Positions 14,711 through 29,557 of a stretch of 64,000 bases of DNA are shown here, in pieces; position 1 is the stretch's first letter; each line of letters opens with the position of its first letter. This DNA is from the human T2T-CHM13v2.0 reference genome, Homo sapiens. The notes below the pieces were generated by a model. It had not been told where the DNA came from, ran no database searches, and saw only the letters and a program-made list of their open reading frames with translations. The translations under genes and the position numbers were made by a program. The stretch lies in assembly GCF_009914755.1 (NCBI RefSeq), contig NC_060933.1; one strand, 5' to 3'.

Positions 14711-15504
14711 ATCTACAAAAAAATTCACTACTTCAGGGGGTTCTGCACTGCAGATTACGGGAGGAGTTCCCTAGCTAGGTGCACATGCCACTTAGACCTC
14801 ATACTTACCTATATTTTCTTCTCTTTTTCTTGCTCACCCCCACACATACACACACTCATGTTTATTCTTATTTCTACTGTAATATATTGACAGCAATGTT
14901 GGCAACATTAGATTAAATGGAGCAAGGTTCCGTTGATGAAAACCATATCCAGATAGAAGAGATATGAATTATACTTCTTGGTAAATTATTTGGCCATTTC
15001 TGATTGGCTATAACAACTAACAAATATAATAAAATACCATTTCCATTTTTACTGAGCCAGTTTAAGGAGATAATGATAAATTATAACAACAGATTTTACT
15101 GTCCAATTTTATGAACGTGGTCCAGTTTAGGTTTTATATACTAGTTCTACAAAGCATTGCATACCATATATCAAAAAGGTATCATTTGACATAGGCAATA
15201 GTGATCCATTTGGTTTCTAAATGTACATTCTACCTATCAATATCAGTAACCGTCTCTTTCATAGAAACTTGCTTGTTATTTTCGTTTACTTTATTACTGT
15301 TTTTCATTCCATTTTGTGCTCAGTTTTATCTATAATCTTAGTTAATATATTTCTATTTTTATATTTTTTTCTGCTTTGGTTAATTTTATTCATATGCCAA
15401 TAACAGCAGTCCTTTATTATTCATCCAGAAAACTCTGTGGGAACCCAGAAAAGTAGATCCAGATATGAAATTATAGATTAGTATGGAGAATGATTTAAGT
15501 ATAA

Positions 15505-17045
15505 AAATTCATTCATTATAGAAATATTCAAAGAGTATCTACTTTGCTTCAGACACTGCAATTGAAACAACATCACGCTACCTGACTTCAAACTATACTA
15601 CAAGGATACAGTAACCAAAACAGCGTGGTACTGGTACCAAAACAAGATATAGACCAATGGAACAGAACAGAGGCCTCAGAAATGACACCACACATCTACA
15701 ACCATCTGATCGTTGACAAACCTGACAAAAACAAGAAATGGGGAAAGGATTCCCTATTTAATAAATGGTGCTGGGAAAACTGGCTAGCCATATGTAGAAG
15801 GCTGAAACTGGATCCCTTCTTGTAACTTATACAAAAATTAATTCAAGATGGATTAAAGACTTAAATGTTAGACCTGAAACCATAAAAACCATACAGGAAA
15901 ACCTAGGCAATACCATTCAGGACATAGGCATGGGTAAGGTCTTCATGACTAAAACACCAAAAGCAATGGTAACAAAAGCCAAAATAGACAAATGGGATCT
16001 AATTAAACTAAGAGCTTCTACACAGCAAAAGAAACTACCATCAGAGTAAACAGGCAACCTACAGAATGGGAGAAAATTTTTGCAATCTACCCATCTGACA
16101 AAGGTGGGTAGAGTCTACAAAGAACTTAAACAAATTTACAAGAAAAAAAACAAACAACCCCATCAAAGAATGGGCAAAGGATATGAACACACACTTCTGA
16201 AAAGAAGACATTTATGCTGCCAACAGACACTTAAAAAAGTGCTCGTCATCACTGGCCATCAGAGAAATGCAAATCAAAACCACAATGAGATACTATCTCA
16301 CACAAGTTAGAATGGCGATCATTAAAAAGTCAGGAAACAACAGATGCTGGAGTGGATGTGGAGAAATAGGAAAGCTTTTACACTGTTGGTGGGAGTGTAA
16401 ACAAGTTCAACCATTGTGGAAGACAGTGTGGCGATTCCTCAAGGATCTAGAACTAGAAATACCATTTGACCCAGCCATCCCATTACTGGGTATATACCCA
16501 AAGGATTATAAATCATGCCACTATAAAGACACATGCACACATATGTTTATTGTGGCACTATTCACAATAGCAAAGACTTGGAACCAACCCAAATGTCCAT
16601 CAATGATAGACTGGATTAAGAAAACGTGGCACATATACACCATGGAATACTATGCAGCCATAAAAAAGGATGAATTCATGTCCTTTGTAGGGACATGGAT
16701 GAAGCTGGAAACCATCATTCTGAGTAAACTATCACAAGGACAGAAAACCAAGCACCGCATGTTCTCACTCATAGGTGGGAATTGAACAATGAGAACACTT
16801 GGACACAGGGTGGGGAACATCACACTCTGGGGTCTGTCATGGGGTGGAGGGCAGGGAGAGGGATACTATTAGGAGAAATACCTAATGTAAACGACAGGTT
16901 AATGTGTGCAGCAAACCAACATGGCACATGTATACATATGTAACAAACCTGCATGTTGTGCATATGTACCCTAGAACTTAAAATATAATTTAAAAAAAGG
17001 AAGATTAATACAACTCAGTCCTTGTTCTAAAGGAGATTATGGTCA
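15505..17045 (-). mobile_element. L2 3' end split by an L1PA insertion
   Basis: attcattcatt…gagtatctactttgcttcagacactg to the left of the L1 continues as cagtccttgttctaaaggagattatggtc to the right. Confidence 0.55.
15571..16998 (+). mobile_element. 5'-truncated L1PA5/6-like LINE
   Basis: ORF2 C-terminus (16267-16785, ends …[10 protein letters not shown]); 3' UTR aggagaaatacctaatgtaaa…gcaaaccaacatggcac…ccctagaactt; A-tail. Confidence 0.96.
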
Positions 17046-17840
17046 CATCTCTACACAAAGATATGCTAGTATCATTCCCTCTTTTGTTTCATTTTATTAG
17101 ATTTCTCCGAGACAGTGCCAGTGGCATTCAAAGCAAATTATAATGGCAGAATGAAAAGTAGCAACACTGCAAGTGTAAGGTGTTTTTTAGAGATGCTCCT
17201 GTTAATGCAGAGACATAGCAATTGGGTAGCATTAAATTATGCCCCCACATAAAATTTAAGTATTCAAAACCTGAATGTAAGTTTACTCATACCGGAAAAA
17301 TCATACTTAAAATCACTGTTTCAGTCCATGACGTGTATACAGACATGGTGATTTCCACTGCATGTTTTTAGGTTTGGGATGCACCCGCTAGATTTTGGAA
17401 ATAAGTTGGAACCTATAGTTTTTTGCTGTATTTTTTCCCTTTTCTTTTAAATGCTAATAAAATGTTGAATTCTCAAGTCTGAACCTTTCACTAAGATTTT
17501 CCAATAGAGGGTATATTCTTTTTCAGAATTCAACAAATTAATTGCGGAAAGCTACTTCAGCGACTAAAAATGTCCTGTTTGTTTCAGAAGCAAGAAAATA
17601 GATTACATTAAAACATTTTGTTTGAGTTAAATGTGTGCCTTACAGTTCAAAACGAAGAATTGGTGGAACATTATGGTCATATCCAGAGACTTTATGAATG
17701 AAAATAGATTAACATTAGATGAAAATGGTATGTGTGATACTTATTATGTTATGAATGTATCAGGTAGAATGATTAATAAGCATTGGCCAAAAAAAGAACA
17801 TCTAAATCAAAATGGCCATAAATAAAGCTTGATAATATGG

Positions 17841-17842
17841 TT

Positions 17843-17878
<36 letters not shown>
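17841..17878. repeat. (CT)n pyrimidine tract
   Basis: Seen directly; ends in CAG. Confidence 0.95.
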
Positions 17879-17880
<2 letters not shown>

Positions 17881-20389
17881 GAATTATGAGATCTGTTATT
17901 ATATTTTTAGGTAACTGTTCAGAACTATTATTCCCATAACAGCAACTTTCCATAAATGAGTCTCTGTGGCAATGGTCTATCATAGAAATCTTTGTTCACC
18001 ATTTGAAAAGGAGGGATTGAAAACTATAAATTTGTCAAAAAATAACACATCAGCAGTCAGACAGGGGAAAGTATCATGTGGATGCTCTCCTGACGCTTAC
18101 TTGTCCTCTCTCCCACCTGTCTTACGAAGGGCAAGTGGATAATAAAATGAGGAAAACCATGACAGGGATGTATGTAATGCAACGAAGAACAAGCAAAGGG
18201 GTTTGGAAACCCAGAGTCACCGAGTTTCTAATGCTCATAAATGGTAAATGACCACCACTAGAAGGATTTATGTGTTCAATATTCACTGCTATACTTCCCT
18301 TTAAAAACTAAAACGAAAACCCTGCTGGAAATAAATAAAAAATGTAAGAGATACTACTATTTTTGCAGTTATTACTGAATAGCATGCTGGTTCTACTTCT
18401 CTAATAATCACTTTTTTACCATAATGTAAATGATTAAATGAATAGTCTTACTCTCTCCAAAATAGTAGGAATTCATGTGTTATATTACTTTAGTGTTGCA
18501 TTCCAAGTTAAAATGCAAAGGCAATGCAAATTGTGCAGTTTCTTTAGCTTAATGAAAATAGAGTACCTATATATAGGGTTTATAGTTTTACATGTAAATC
18601 CATATATTTCAGAACAATATAAAAAGAAACAGGATTTTAATAAGAGTCTTGGTGTTCATGCTATAAATAAAATCAACTCCAGAGACCAGTGATAATGGTC
18701 TAGTAAATATAAAATGGCTGCTGAGTTTGCTGGCAGCTTACAGTCAGCTCATTAGAGTTATTCAAATGTTTGCTTCATAAAGGAATTAGTGAGGTATTAA
18801 AATGCTAAACAAAAAAAATCCAATAATGTTTCAGCCTCAGTGTTGCACATACTTTACAACACATTAAACCAATATTTCCCTCTTCTATTACCTATCATAG
18901 TCACCAGAACATTCTCATTTTGTTCAACTTTATAATAACATTATTTGTGAAAACATAGAGCAACCTTTCTCTCTATCTCTCTCCCCCTGTGCTCTATTTA
19001 TCATCAGTAATGTGCTACTTTGTTCTCCAAGCACTGAGGTATGTCCTTATAGCATAGGCTCCCTTATAAAGGTTTTTACCCACATAAGAGTCCATAATAT
19101 CATGCTCATACTAAACTCATTTCAAACAAAATGCTAATCATCTCTGGATTCTGTTGTTTTTCCACAAGTAAAAACTAAAATTTGTTTTTTAGTCTGTTGA
19201 GATGTTCATCAGATTTACATTTTCCTTCTCATTACAGAACTTTAAAATGAGCCACACTTCACGGCTCAAAGTGTGGAAGATGTCATTAAACCAGCAGTCT
19301 AATCAAGAAGGTGTAAAAATTTTAATTAAACTAATAGCAGGCTGACTCAATTATTATAAAATATATTAAAACACATGCTGTACATGTGATTATATTCATA
19401 AGTCATATACAATTTTTATTTACTTTTCTGAACATCTTATTAAATTGAACTATTTCTTTGTAGATCGTATATAGACAATATTCAAGAATATATACATATA
19501 CACACATACACATATGAATATATAAGGAAGTATATATACATACATACACTATTATAAATACCACTCTATAAAAATGTAATATTTTGGATATGGATCATTT
19601 CACTGTTTGCTTTTTTAGAACAGATAATGATGCAATACTAAAGCCAATGCTTAAGAAATCTCTTTCTATACCTTCCCTTGCATGTGAATATTGCTTTTCC
19701 TATTTTAGCTTGGTGTTATTCCTAAAATCAGCAACTCTTGCTTTTTAAAAATGGCAAAATTCAACTTTGTTAATGGGTGCCAAATTAAACCCTAAGTTTA
19801 AGTTAATCAATTCTCATTTCATGAGTATTGTCATTGCTCTGAGTTACTTTTTTTTCCTTTAATTGAGCCCTCATTCTTGCTTTTTCTATCGGTTACTTTG
19901 CTTGTACTTATTTTCTTCAAAAAAGCCCAAAAATTTTCGAAGGACTTGTATGTATAATTCTACATAATTTTTCTAAGAAAAAAATCTATAGTTATCACCA
20001 AAAGCATAAATATCAGGGTTTTTGCTATGAAAACTTGTAATCATGGCTTTGTTTAAAAGCCATTGGTCCATATTCACCTCATTTCTAGATGTCTTACAGA
20101 GCTCCATTCTTAAGGAAACTGGATAAGATAGCAGTATAACTTCACACTGACAAAGAGATGTTCCCTCTGACTGCAGAAACAACTGCAGAATCAACAATCC
20201 AAAGTAAGGGCCAACTTCTCGGATGCTAACAATGCCACTTTTGCATTTACCTGAAGTGGACTATAGTTTTTTTGCAGAGGCAGAGATGAAAATTAACAAT
20301 TACCTTGGATTGGCATATTGGCCTGAATAATACTGTAGCCAAAACGCATCACACAACTTTCCATTCTTCCTCTGCTCTTGTGTCCACAG

Positions 20390-20446
20390 GTTGGCAAAGG
20401 ACGTCTGTCACTGTTTCTGAATCTTCCAATGTTATAAATTTCAAAG
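20390..20446 (+). other. Candidate 57-nt internal exon, host gene unknown
   Basis: Long polypyrimidine tract + CACAG|G acceptor; AAG|GTAAAC donor; length a multiple of 3; one open frame (G)WQRTSVTVSESSNVINFK(G). Confidence 0.35.
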
Positions 20447-21568
20447 GTAAACACATTTTTCAAACATGTTTTAGAAAACAAAGATGACAAAGAGGCCCAA
20501 TGTATCAATATTAAGAAAATTAAAGAGTCTTACAAGAGATTTCTTCACAAAAGATCTGTATTATTGCTGCAAAGAGGTATTTTGGGGGGTATTGTTTTTC
20601 TTTTAATTTATTAATTACACTAATATGTATCACTTGTCTCTGAAGCAGATAAAATGTAGATTCAGTAGATAAATCTATTTTTTAAAACAACAGCCTCTAC
20701 TTTAACAGCTATGACAGCATATAAAAACAGGTGGCCATGCTTTTGGCCAGGATTTATACTATCATTTTTTCTATGAATAACTTCCTGATAAAAGATGTCT
20801 AGATATCTTCCAAACAAATACAGTGTAAGCACACCACTATGAAACCTATGCCTCACTAAATATGATTATAACAAACATTGTCAAGAAAAATAACCTTTTA
20901 TAATTCCTTTTAGAAACTTAATTGCTAAGGCCACACTCAGGTTTTGGTATGGAGAGATCAAGACCTACTTCAATAGCTGCTGGCTCTCAGTTGTACTTCT
21001 GAGCCATCTTTAAACTACTTAGTAAGCATTACTCCAGATGGCCCATCGGCAGCTGACAGCAATTCTACCCACCACTGCATATGGTCCACTGATGGTTGAT
21101 AATTGTCATTCAGGTAAAACTCACTAGAGCTATGTGCCAATCATAAAACACTCACTAAAAAGGGGATCAAAGCCTGAGCGGACATGTAGTTTCTGTCCCG
21201 ATTAGATAAATAATTAGTCACTTTCAATGGAAAGCTTCCCTTGGATATAGCAAAAAAAAGAAACCAAAATAAAACAAAACAGAAAAATCAACCCACTGGG
21301 GTGGAAAATGTTTGTTAAAATATTTTGCATGAGTGATTGGCCACTAAAACCACCGCCTACCTCCATGTGAATTATTTTATGTATTTTAAACCCACTTAAC
21401 TGATATATTTTTTAATAAAAATGGAGTAGAGAACACATTTTAACTTAAGCATATTCTTTCAAAAACCATAAAACTGTTTTCCACAGTTGCATGCATGTTT
21501 GTATTTTAAAATATTTGTTAAGTAATAAGTTTAAATAAATACAATTTAAACCTCATTTAAGTGTTCCT

Positions 21569-21919
<351 letters not shown>

Positions 21920-22384
21920 CTACCTTTAAATACCAACTGTTTAAAATTAATAAGCTATAAATTCTGGGTAAAATATTTTCTAAAAGTGCCACATGTTGCA
22001 AACAGTTATTTTTACCTTTTTGTCTCAATGCTGTTGATACCTATGTTTACTTTATATTTTAGGGAGAATATGAGAGTAAGAAAACTTTGGAATAAGCCTT
22101 GACAACTCAACCTTCTTAAGATCCCACTGTTCTCATGTCACATATAGGTTCAGAGAGGATGTTATTTTTAATAAACTTTAAAAGGTCAATATAAAGAATC
22201 AAAATTACTCAGTTGCAAAAATCTGCTTAGCCAAATATCTCTTACTAAAATCTATGGAATATTCTATTTGGTCCATGGTCTAAACTTTTGGAATAATGAG
22301 TGACTGTATTTGTGAGGGGAATATAGACAAAACACATGAGTGGAGCTTTGGTAATTGTATTCCTCTTGATTTGAGGAAATGCAG

Positions 22385-22572
22385 CCTGGCATACATGTAA
22401 CAGCATATAAGCTGGAGTCAGACTCACATGGCCCTAGACAACTCACTTAAAATTCCTAAGTCACGAAAGTTTCTGTAGTTATAAAATAAAGATAATAGTA
22501 CCTGTCGCATAGGGTTGGTTGTGGCAATGTCTGGGGCATAGTAAATCCTTAAAAAGTGGAAGATACTATCAT
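22385..22572 (+). mobile_element. MIR SINE
   Basis: ctggagtcagact…taaaataaagataatagtacctgtcgcatagggttg. Confidence 0.7.
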
Positions 22573-22721
22573 CAAATTAATTTTCATCATGTGATGATAA
22601 AAATTTAAATTTATGTTTTTAAATTTAAATTTATCTAGAACTAGAAAATAACTACAGTATTTAATTGTATAAAATTTGTATCAATAAAAATAATGCCAAA
22701 CTTAACACAGAACATTATAGA

Positions 22722-23335
22722 TATTGTTAAGTACACAGAGAAAAGAAAACTTTTCTACACTGTTGGTAGGAATGTAAATTAGTACAGCCACTATGGAAAA
22801 AAAGTATGAAGAGTTCGCAAAGAAGTAAAAATAGAACTACCATTTAACCCAGCAATCCCACTACTGGGTATCTACTCAAAGGAAAATAAATCAATACATC
22901 TAAAAGAAACCCTGCAGTTTCATGTTAATCTCAGCACTATTCACAAAAGCAAAATATAGAATCAACCTAAGGGTCTATCAACGAATGAATAAAGTGCGGT
23001 GTATATGCACAGTAAGATACTATTCAGTTATAAAAAAGAATGAAACCTTGTCATTTTCAGCAACATGGATGGAACTGGAGGCCATTATCTTAAGTGAAAC
23101 AAGCCAGGCCCAGAAAGAAAAAATATCGCATGTTCTCACTCATAAGTGAGGGATAAAAAATGTGTTCACATAGGCATATAATGACAGATAATATATAGAT
23201 ATATATTCTATATATGTTCACATGGACATACAATGATAGAGTATAATGATAGATAATGAAGACTCAGGGGGCTAAGGGGAGTGGAAGGGGGGAGGATGAT
23301 GATGAATTAGTTAATGGATAAAATGTATGTTATGA
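22722..23335 (+). mobile_element. L1MA1/L1PB4-like 3' fragment
   Basis: ORF2 end (22922-23149) and 3' UTR tgttcacatggac…aatgatagataatgaagactca, with a local imperfect duplication at ~23160-23250. Confidence 0.85.
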
Positions 23336-23354
23336 ATTTCTTTTGAATACATCA

Positions 23355-23530
23355 TATTAATTGTTTTCACAACTGTAGGAAGTAAGTAGGGCATTGTTCC
23401 CCTTCCTTAGACAAAATTAAGGCACAGGGAGGTTATATAATTTGCCTACATTCAAAATATTTTCATTGTAAAAGGCACAATTTAAACCAAGATGACCCTA
23501 TTCCCTATGCCACTGCTCTCACCAGCTCCC
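23355..23530 (-). mobile_element. MIR SINE
   Basis: agacaaaattaaggcacagggaggttatataatttgccta = antisense MIR core. Confidence 0.7.
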
Positions 23531-24668
23531 TGTGTTACCACTAATTCCTATATTTGGTACTCTTTATAAACTTTCTATTATATAATAGCTTATGTTCTAT
23601 TAAGAGTTATGTTCTCCATAAATGCCTCAGCTTGAGTAAATGTAGAACAACCTTCATGTATTTCCCTCCATAAGGGAGATGATAATGGATAAAATAATTT
23701 GATTTATGGTTCAGACTAAGAAATTTAGAATATTTTTCCTTCTTATAAAATGTTTTAAAAGACAATTTGATATCCTTAACATTTCTCATTGCAGGCAAAT
23801 ATTGATCCTTTTATCTCAAAATTATTTTGTACTTTAATTTAAAAAAAGAAATTAAAACTAATTAATGTAAATCTATAAATGAGTTTTTGCAACATTGACA
23901 ATTATTTAAATAATGGTTAAATTACTTTACGCGTGTGAGTATGCCTCTCTATATACAGATAGATAGATACGTATGTATGTATATAATGAAAATAAATTCA
24001 ATTTGAAATATAAGCTGCAAATGCCTATAATTTAGAAAATATTTTCACTCTTTATAAGGCATATAATTATATGTAAAATTAGGACATTCAACACAATGCT
24101 AATATTTTGATTTAGTCTCTTATATTTAAGATAGTCTGCTGAAACAAAATGTATACAACAACAAATACCTCCGTCAGAATAATAATGCAAATTAATTATG
24201 CCTGAGTTCTATAAAAATATATAACTGAAATATACTTATAGAAATCTATTATTAGTTAATATTAGTGTTGGCAAAAGGTCAAAAAAGATTGTTATGTTTT
24301 AGTCATTTTAATAATGATTAGTACATGGTAGGAGGCAATAGACCTGTCTTCCATAAGCCATCATACCCCTTTTTTATCCCTGATGTTAATCAGAAGTTGA
24401 CAACACTTAGTGATAAAGAAAAGTTCAAAATGCTTTGATTATATGGACATATTTTAAGCTTTTATACACTTAAATAATATTGGCTATCAAAATTAAAACT
24501 TCTTTATATACATAAATAATAACCTATACCTTGAATGTCATCTGAATGCTTATCACACAGTAAGCTAGTTAGAAGTATATATGAACTACCAGAGAATAAT
24601 ACTTGAAATCACAGACAATGCAGACATTTCTCAGCTCCATTAACATAAGCCTCTCAAGAGAGCTCTAA

Positions 24669-25981
<1,313 letters not shown>

Positions 25982-26039
25982 GAAAGGTTTCTTTCCAAGT
26001 TCAAATTCTCAACTAATTTATCCTAGTTTTTCTCCTTTT

Positions 26040-26600
26040 CCCTCAACACTAATTCTTCACCAAAAGCTGGCATCTCTAGCTCTTAACACCTGTCACATTC
26101 TTTTCTTTCTCTCAATCCTCACGACTTCTTAGATCAGAAGTGGACTAGTGAAACCATCACTGAGCCCAGTATTACAACCTGATCATTGAATATACTGATT
26201 AAAACACCAATGCCCTCAAATGCAGCAGTATCTAAAGGACAACGTTAAATGTTTTATAATGCTATATGAGGTTCTTCTGATCTTTCACTAGCCTTCTATG
26301 CTCCAGGGTCTCCCTTCTTCACTCACATCTCCTTTCTATATGAATGCTGGGACCAAACAAACTACTCCTATTTCCCGAGGATGACAGGTTGTTTCATACC
26401 TCATTATTTTTGCTCATAGTGTCCAGTGTTCCTTCTTTATTGGAGCTTACCCCATCCCCTTTTCATTTGCTATCACATTTGCCTTCCATTGAGAACACCT
26501 GTTTGCCTTTCTTGTCAGGTCCATACGTAAGTCCCTGTTACTAATATAGCTCCTCCTTTTTTTGTTTTAGTTTAATAAGATCATGGTATTAAGTATTATT
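26040..26600 (+). mobile_element. L2 relic
   Basis: Pyrimidine-rich, with L2-like tttcatacctc…tttgctcatagtgt; highly degenerate. Confidence 0.45.
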
Positions 26601-28849
26601 ACAATTCAAAGTGTGCAGAGACAATGATGTATGTGTTTGTCCTTTTCTTTAGGGAAGATGTTACTAGATCAAAAGCAGCTGTCATGCAATAACTCATCTG
26701 AAGACCCATATGGAAAGAGACCTTATTACCTTTCCTAGTCCTTTACTTTTATCTATTTCTGTAAATATAAGTTTATATACACACAGGCTCTTGTGCCATT
26801 TGCTGTCTTCATTAATATAAAAATATATTTTGAGATACACGCTGTCATCTACTGGACATAAATGTCTTCAGCACTTCTTATCACAGGTACTTTCCAGTTT
26901 TGCTAATCGAGGTATATAAAACACCTACTAGTTTCAGGACATAGTTCAAGGGACTCCTACACTGTAAAGCCAGTCCTATCCTCATTGCTCAATTTCTGAT
27001 AGGGATATCCTCTGCTCTTTGCATTTCAGTTACGTATATTACAGCATTATTATTCTGATTCACCTAGGAAGAAATATGCTCTTATGTCATCTGTCTAATA
27101 ATGTCAGATATTCTGTGTGATGAATGTTACCACATGGAAAACTTGTCACCTAATTTGGAGGGTGTGTTTGGAAATAGATAAAAGCAATGGGGAGGAATAC
27201 AACATTATAAAAAAGTAGTAATTTTATAATTAATGTTCAAAACTAAAAGTTGACTCCCAGAGTCTATGCTTAGGAGATGACAGCTATATTTTTAACATAA
27301 ATATTTCTATTAAAGAATGCTTTTAATGTAAATATATAAAAACCTTTGAAGAAAATTTAAGAAAACTCTTTATAAAGTGAATAAAGGAATCTATAGGTTC
27401 TTTTAGTCTCACAATTGATCAGAATACTGTATTTTAAAACATTACATATTTATTTGGAATACCATTGGTAATGTAATAAATCAATCACTATAAACAAAAA
27501 GTGTTATTAATTCCAAAGACACCTGTGATATTTCAGATGAAAATTATAAACAATTATTATGCAACATTTTAATCTGAATACTATATTTTAAATGTCATCA
27601 TAGAGAAGAGACATCTTAATGCCCTTGACTACATCATATAACCCACAAAAATATGTCTGCAATGATGGGAGAATGCAATTATTTTTTTTATTTCAAATTT
27701 AGTTGACTCTCTAGCCTTCAGTATAAATAAAATATGTTTAAATAAACTCCATATGCATCACTCAGTCTCCCATATAAAGGTACCAAATAAGACCTATGCC
27801 TTATTTCATAATGAAAAGGTACCTCAAGGCACTTTTTAAACTAGAAAGCATGATGCAAATGTATTAGATCAAAGATTCCCGACTACAAAAATTCAATGTT
27901 TCAGTTCAATTAATAACTAAAATTTATAGTCAACTCTTAAGAAAATGTTAAATATTCTAAATTAGAGAATAATTATCATTGGTTTGCTTTGCTTAGCTCT
28001 CCATCTTATATTTATTCTAGCAACCTAAATATTCAAGAGTTTAAGAAAGGAGTATCAGACATTCTTTCTCTTAAAAAAGAATGCCTCTGTATTTGACAAT
28101 AGTGATCAGCAGTATCCTACTATAATATGTACTCATTCATAGTAAAGGCTAACAGAGTCACAACAAAGCCTATACTTAAAATGATTGTTTGAAAACAGCA
28201 GGAGTTAAATAACTTTTCTTTCAAATATAAACACTTGCCCACACTGTTGCTATTGGTGGAGAAGATTCTTTTCTCTGCATGTAATTTGTTTTGTCAAAGC
28301 TTATTTTCTGTTTCGCACAATGAGAACTTTATTATATGCAGTTATAGTCTCTGTTTTCTGCCACTTTTATGAATCTTATAAATCTGGACTGGTTATGGCT
28401 CCCAGTTAACATGATGCTGCCCTTTGCACTTCTTTAGTGCATCTTAATTTTTTGGCTTCATGCACTGAGTGAGGTACAATCTCTATGCTACCCCGAGCGC
28501 TGGACTAGGAATTGGTAGATGAGGAGGAAAACTCTCAAGAGAGCAAATACGAAACACTAAACTGCGAATTTTTCAATTTTATTTGAATCTCAAGTAAGAA
28601 TATTTTTTGAAGGACAGTTTTGCTCATTATTTCCTAAAGAAGGGGCATTACTGCTCCAAGGACTCGAGGAAGCCAATGCAAGTTGGCACTATTTGAGCAA
28701 AGTTCAAAAGTACAATCTGTGGAAACTGAACAAGAAGAACACTTGTTCCCTCAAGTGTAGCCAGTGCTAACAGTGCAAATGAACAGGATCCAGCAGGAAA
28801 TCCATATCTTCCAGAAGGTGCTGTCTTTACAACATTGTAATAAGGTATC

Positions 28850-29070
28850 CTAATAGCACTTTACACGACTCATACAGAATGCAAAGTTTCTCAAAGCATT
28901 TAGCCCTCGTTTTCACAATTATTTTAGTATATTCAATTTCACAGAAAGAAATCAAAAGACAGACAGGTGAAGTGATTTGCTCATGGTCTTATGAGTAAAG
29001 AGGAACAGAGCCAGTTTTACAGTCTGAATTTTCCTTACTCCTGCTACTTTGCTCTTTTTCCTGGATCAAT
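28850..29070 (-). mobile_element. MIR relic
   Basis: atttcacagaaagaaatcaaaagacagacaggtgaagtgatttgctcatggtc. Confidence 0.65.
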
Positions 29071-29382
29071 GTGCTCATCACTGCATTAGACCTCTGTTAT
29101 AAATCACTACTTCAAATTATTCTTATTTATTTATATTGTACTTTATTCATTCCAAATAATATTTGAAGACACTTTAAGAATTGCTTACAGCACAGCAGGA
29201 AAAATGAATATCTGGATGAATATAAAATAAACTAATAATCATGCATAAAATATGTTTTATTATCCTGTATAATTATTTAATGAGGGTTACACATTTTGGC
29301 TCTCAGCAACTTCACAGACAAGACAAAGGAAGAAAAGGATGAGTTATAAAAATCAGTCTACTAAAACAAATCAATTATTCAG

Positions 29383-29557
29383 AAGTGAGTTTTCCAGTGG
29401 CTTATGGCCCATATAGTGTCAGTTGATGAGGCTGCCTTTGCTTTTCATGTTTTCAGACCTTTAAAAGTACCTATTTTTGTGTTTCAAAAATGGACATACA
29501 CACACAAATACACTGTACAGAGACAACGCAGCATTTCTGGACTATCAATTCCCTAAG
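29383..29557 (+). repeat. Source copy of a local 175-bp duplication
   Basis: Aligns to 31365-31538 with ~11 differences by manual count. Confidence 0.97.

Noticed and set aside
16267-16785. 172-aa open ORF
   Set aside because: It is the L1 ORF2 C-terminal domain of a fairly young truncated copy; openness is expected and there is no evidence of exaptation
28620-28850. Exon-like tract between tttcctaaag and aag|gtatcc
   Set aside because: Stops in all three plus-strand frames and weak splice sites
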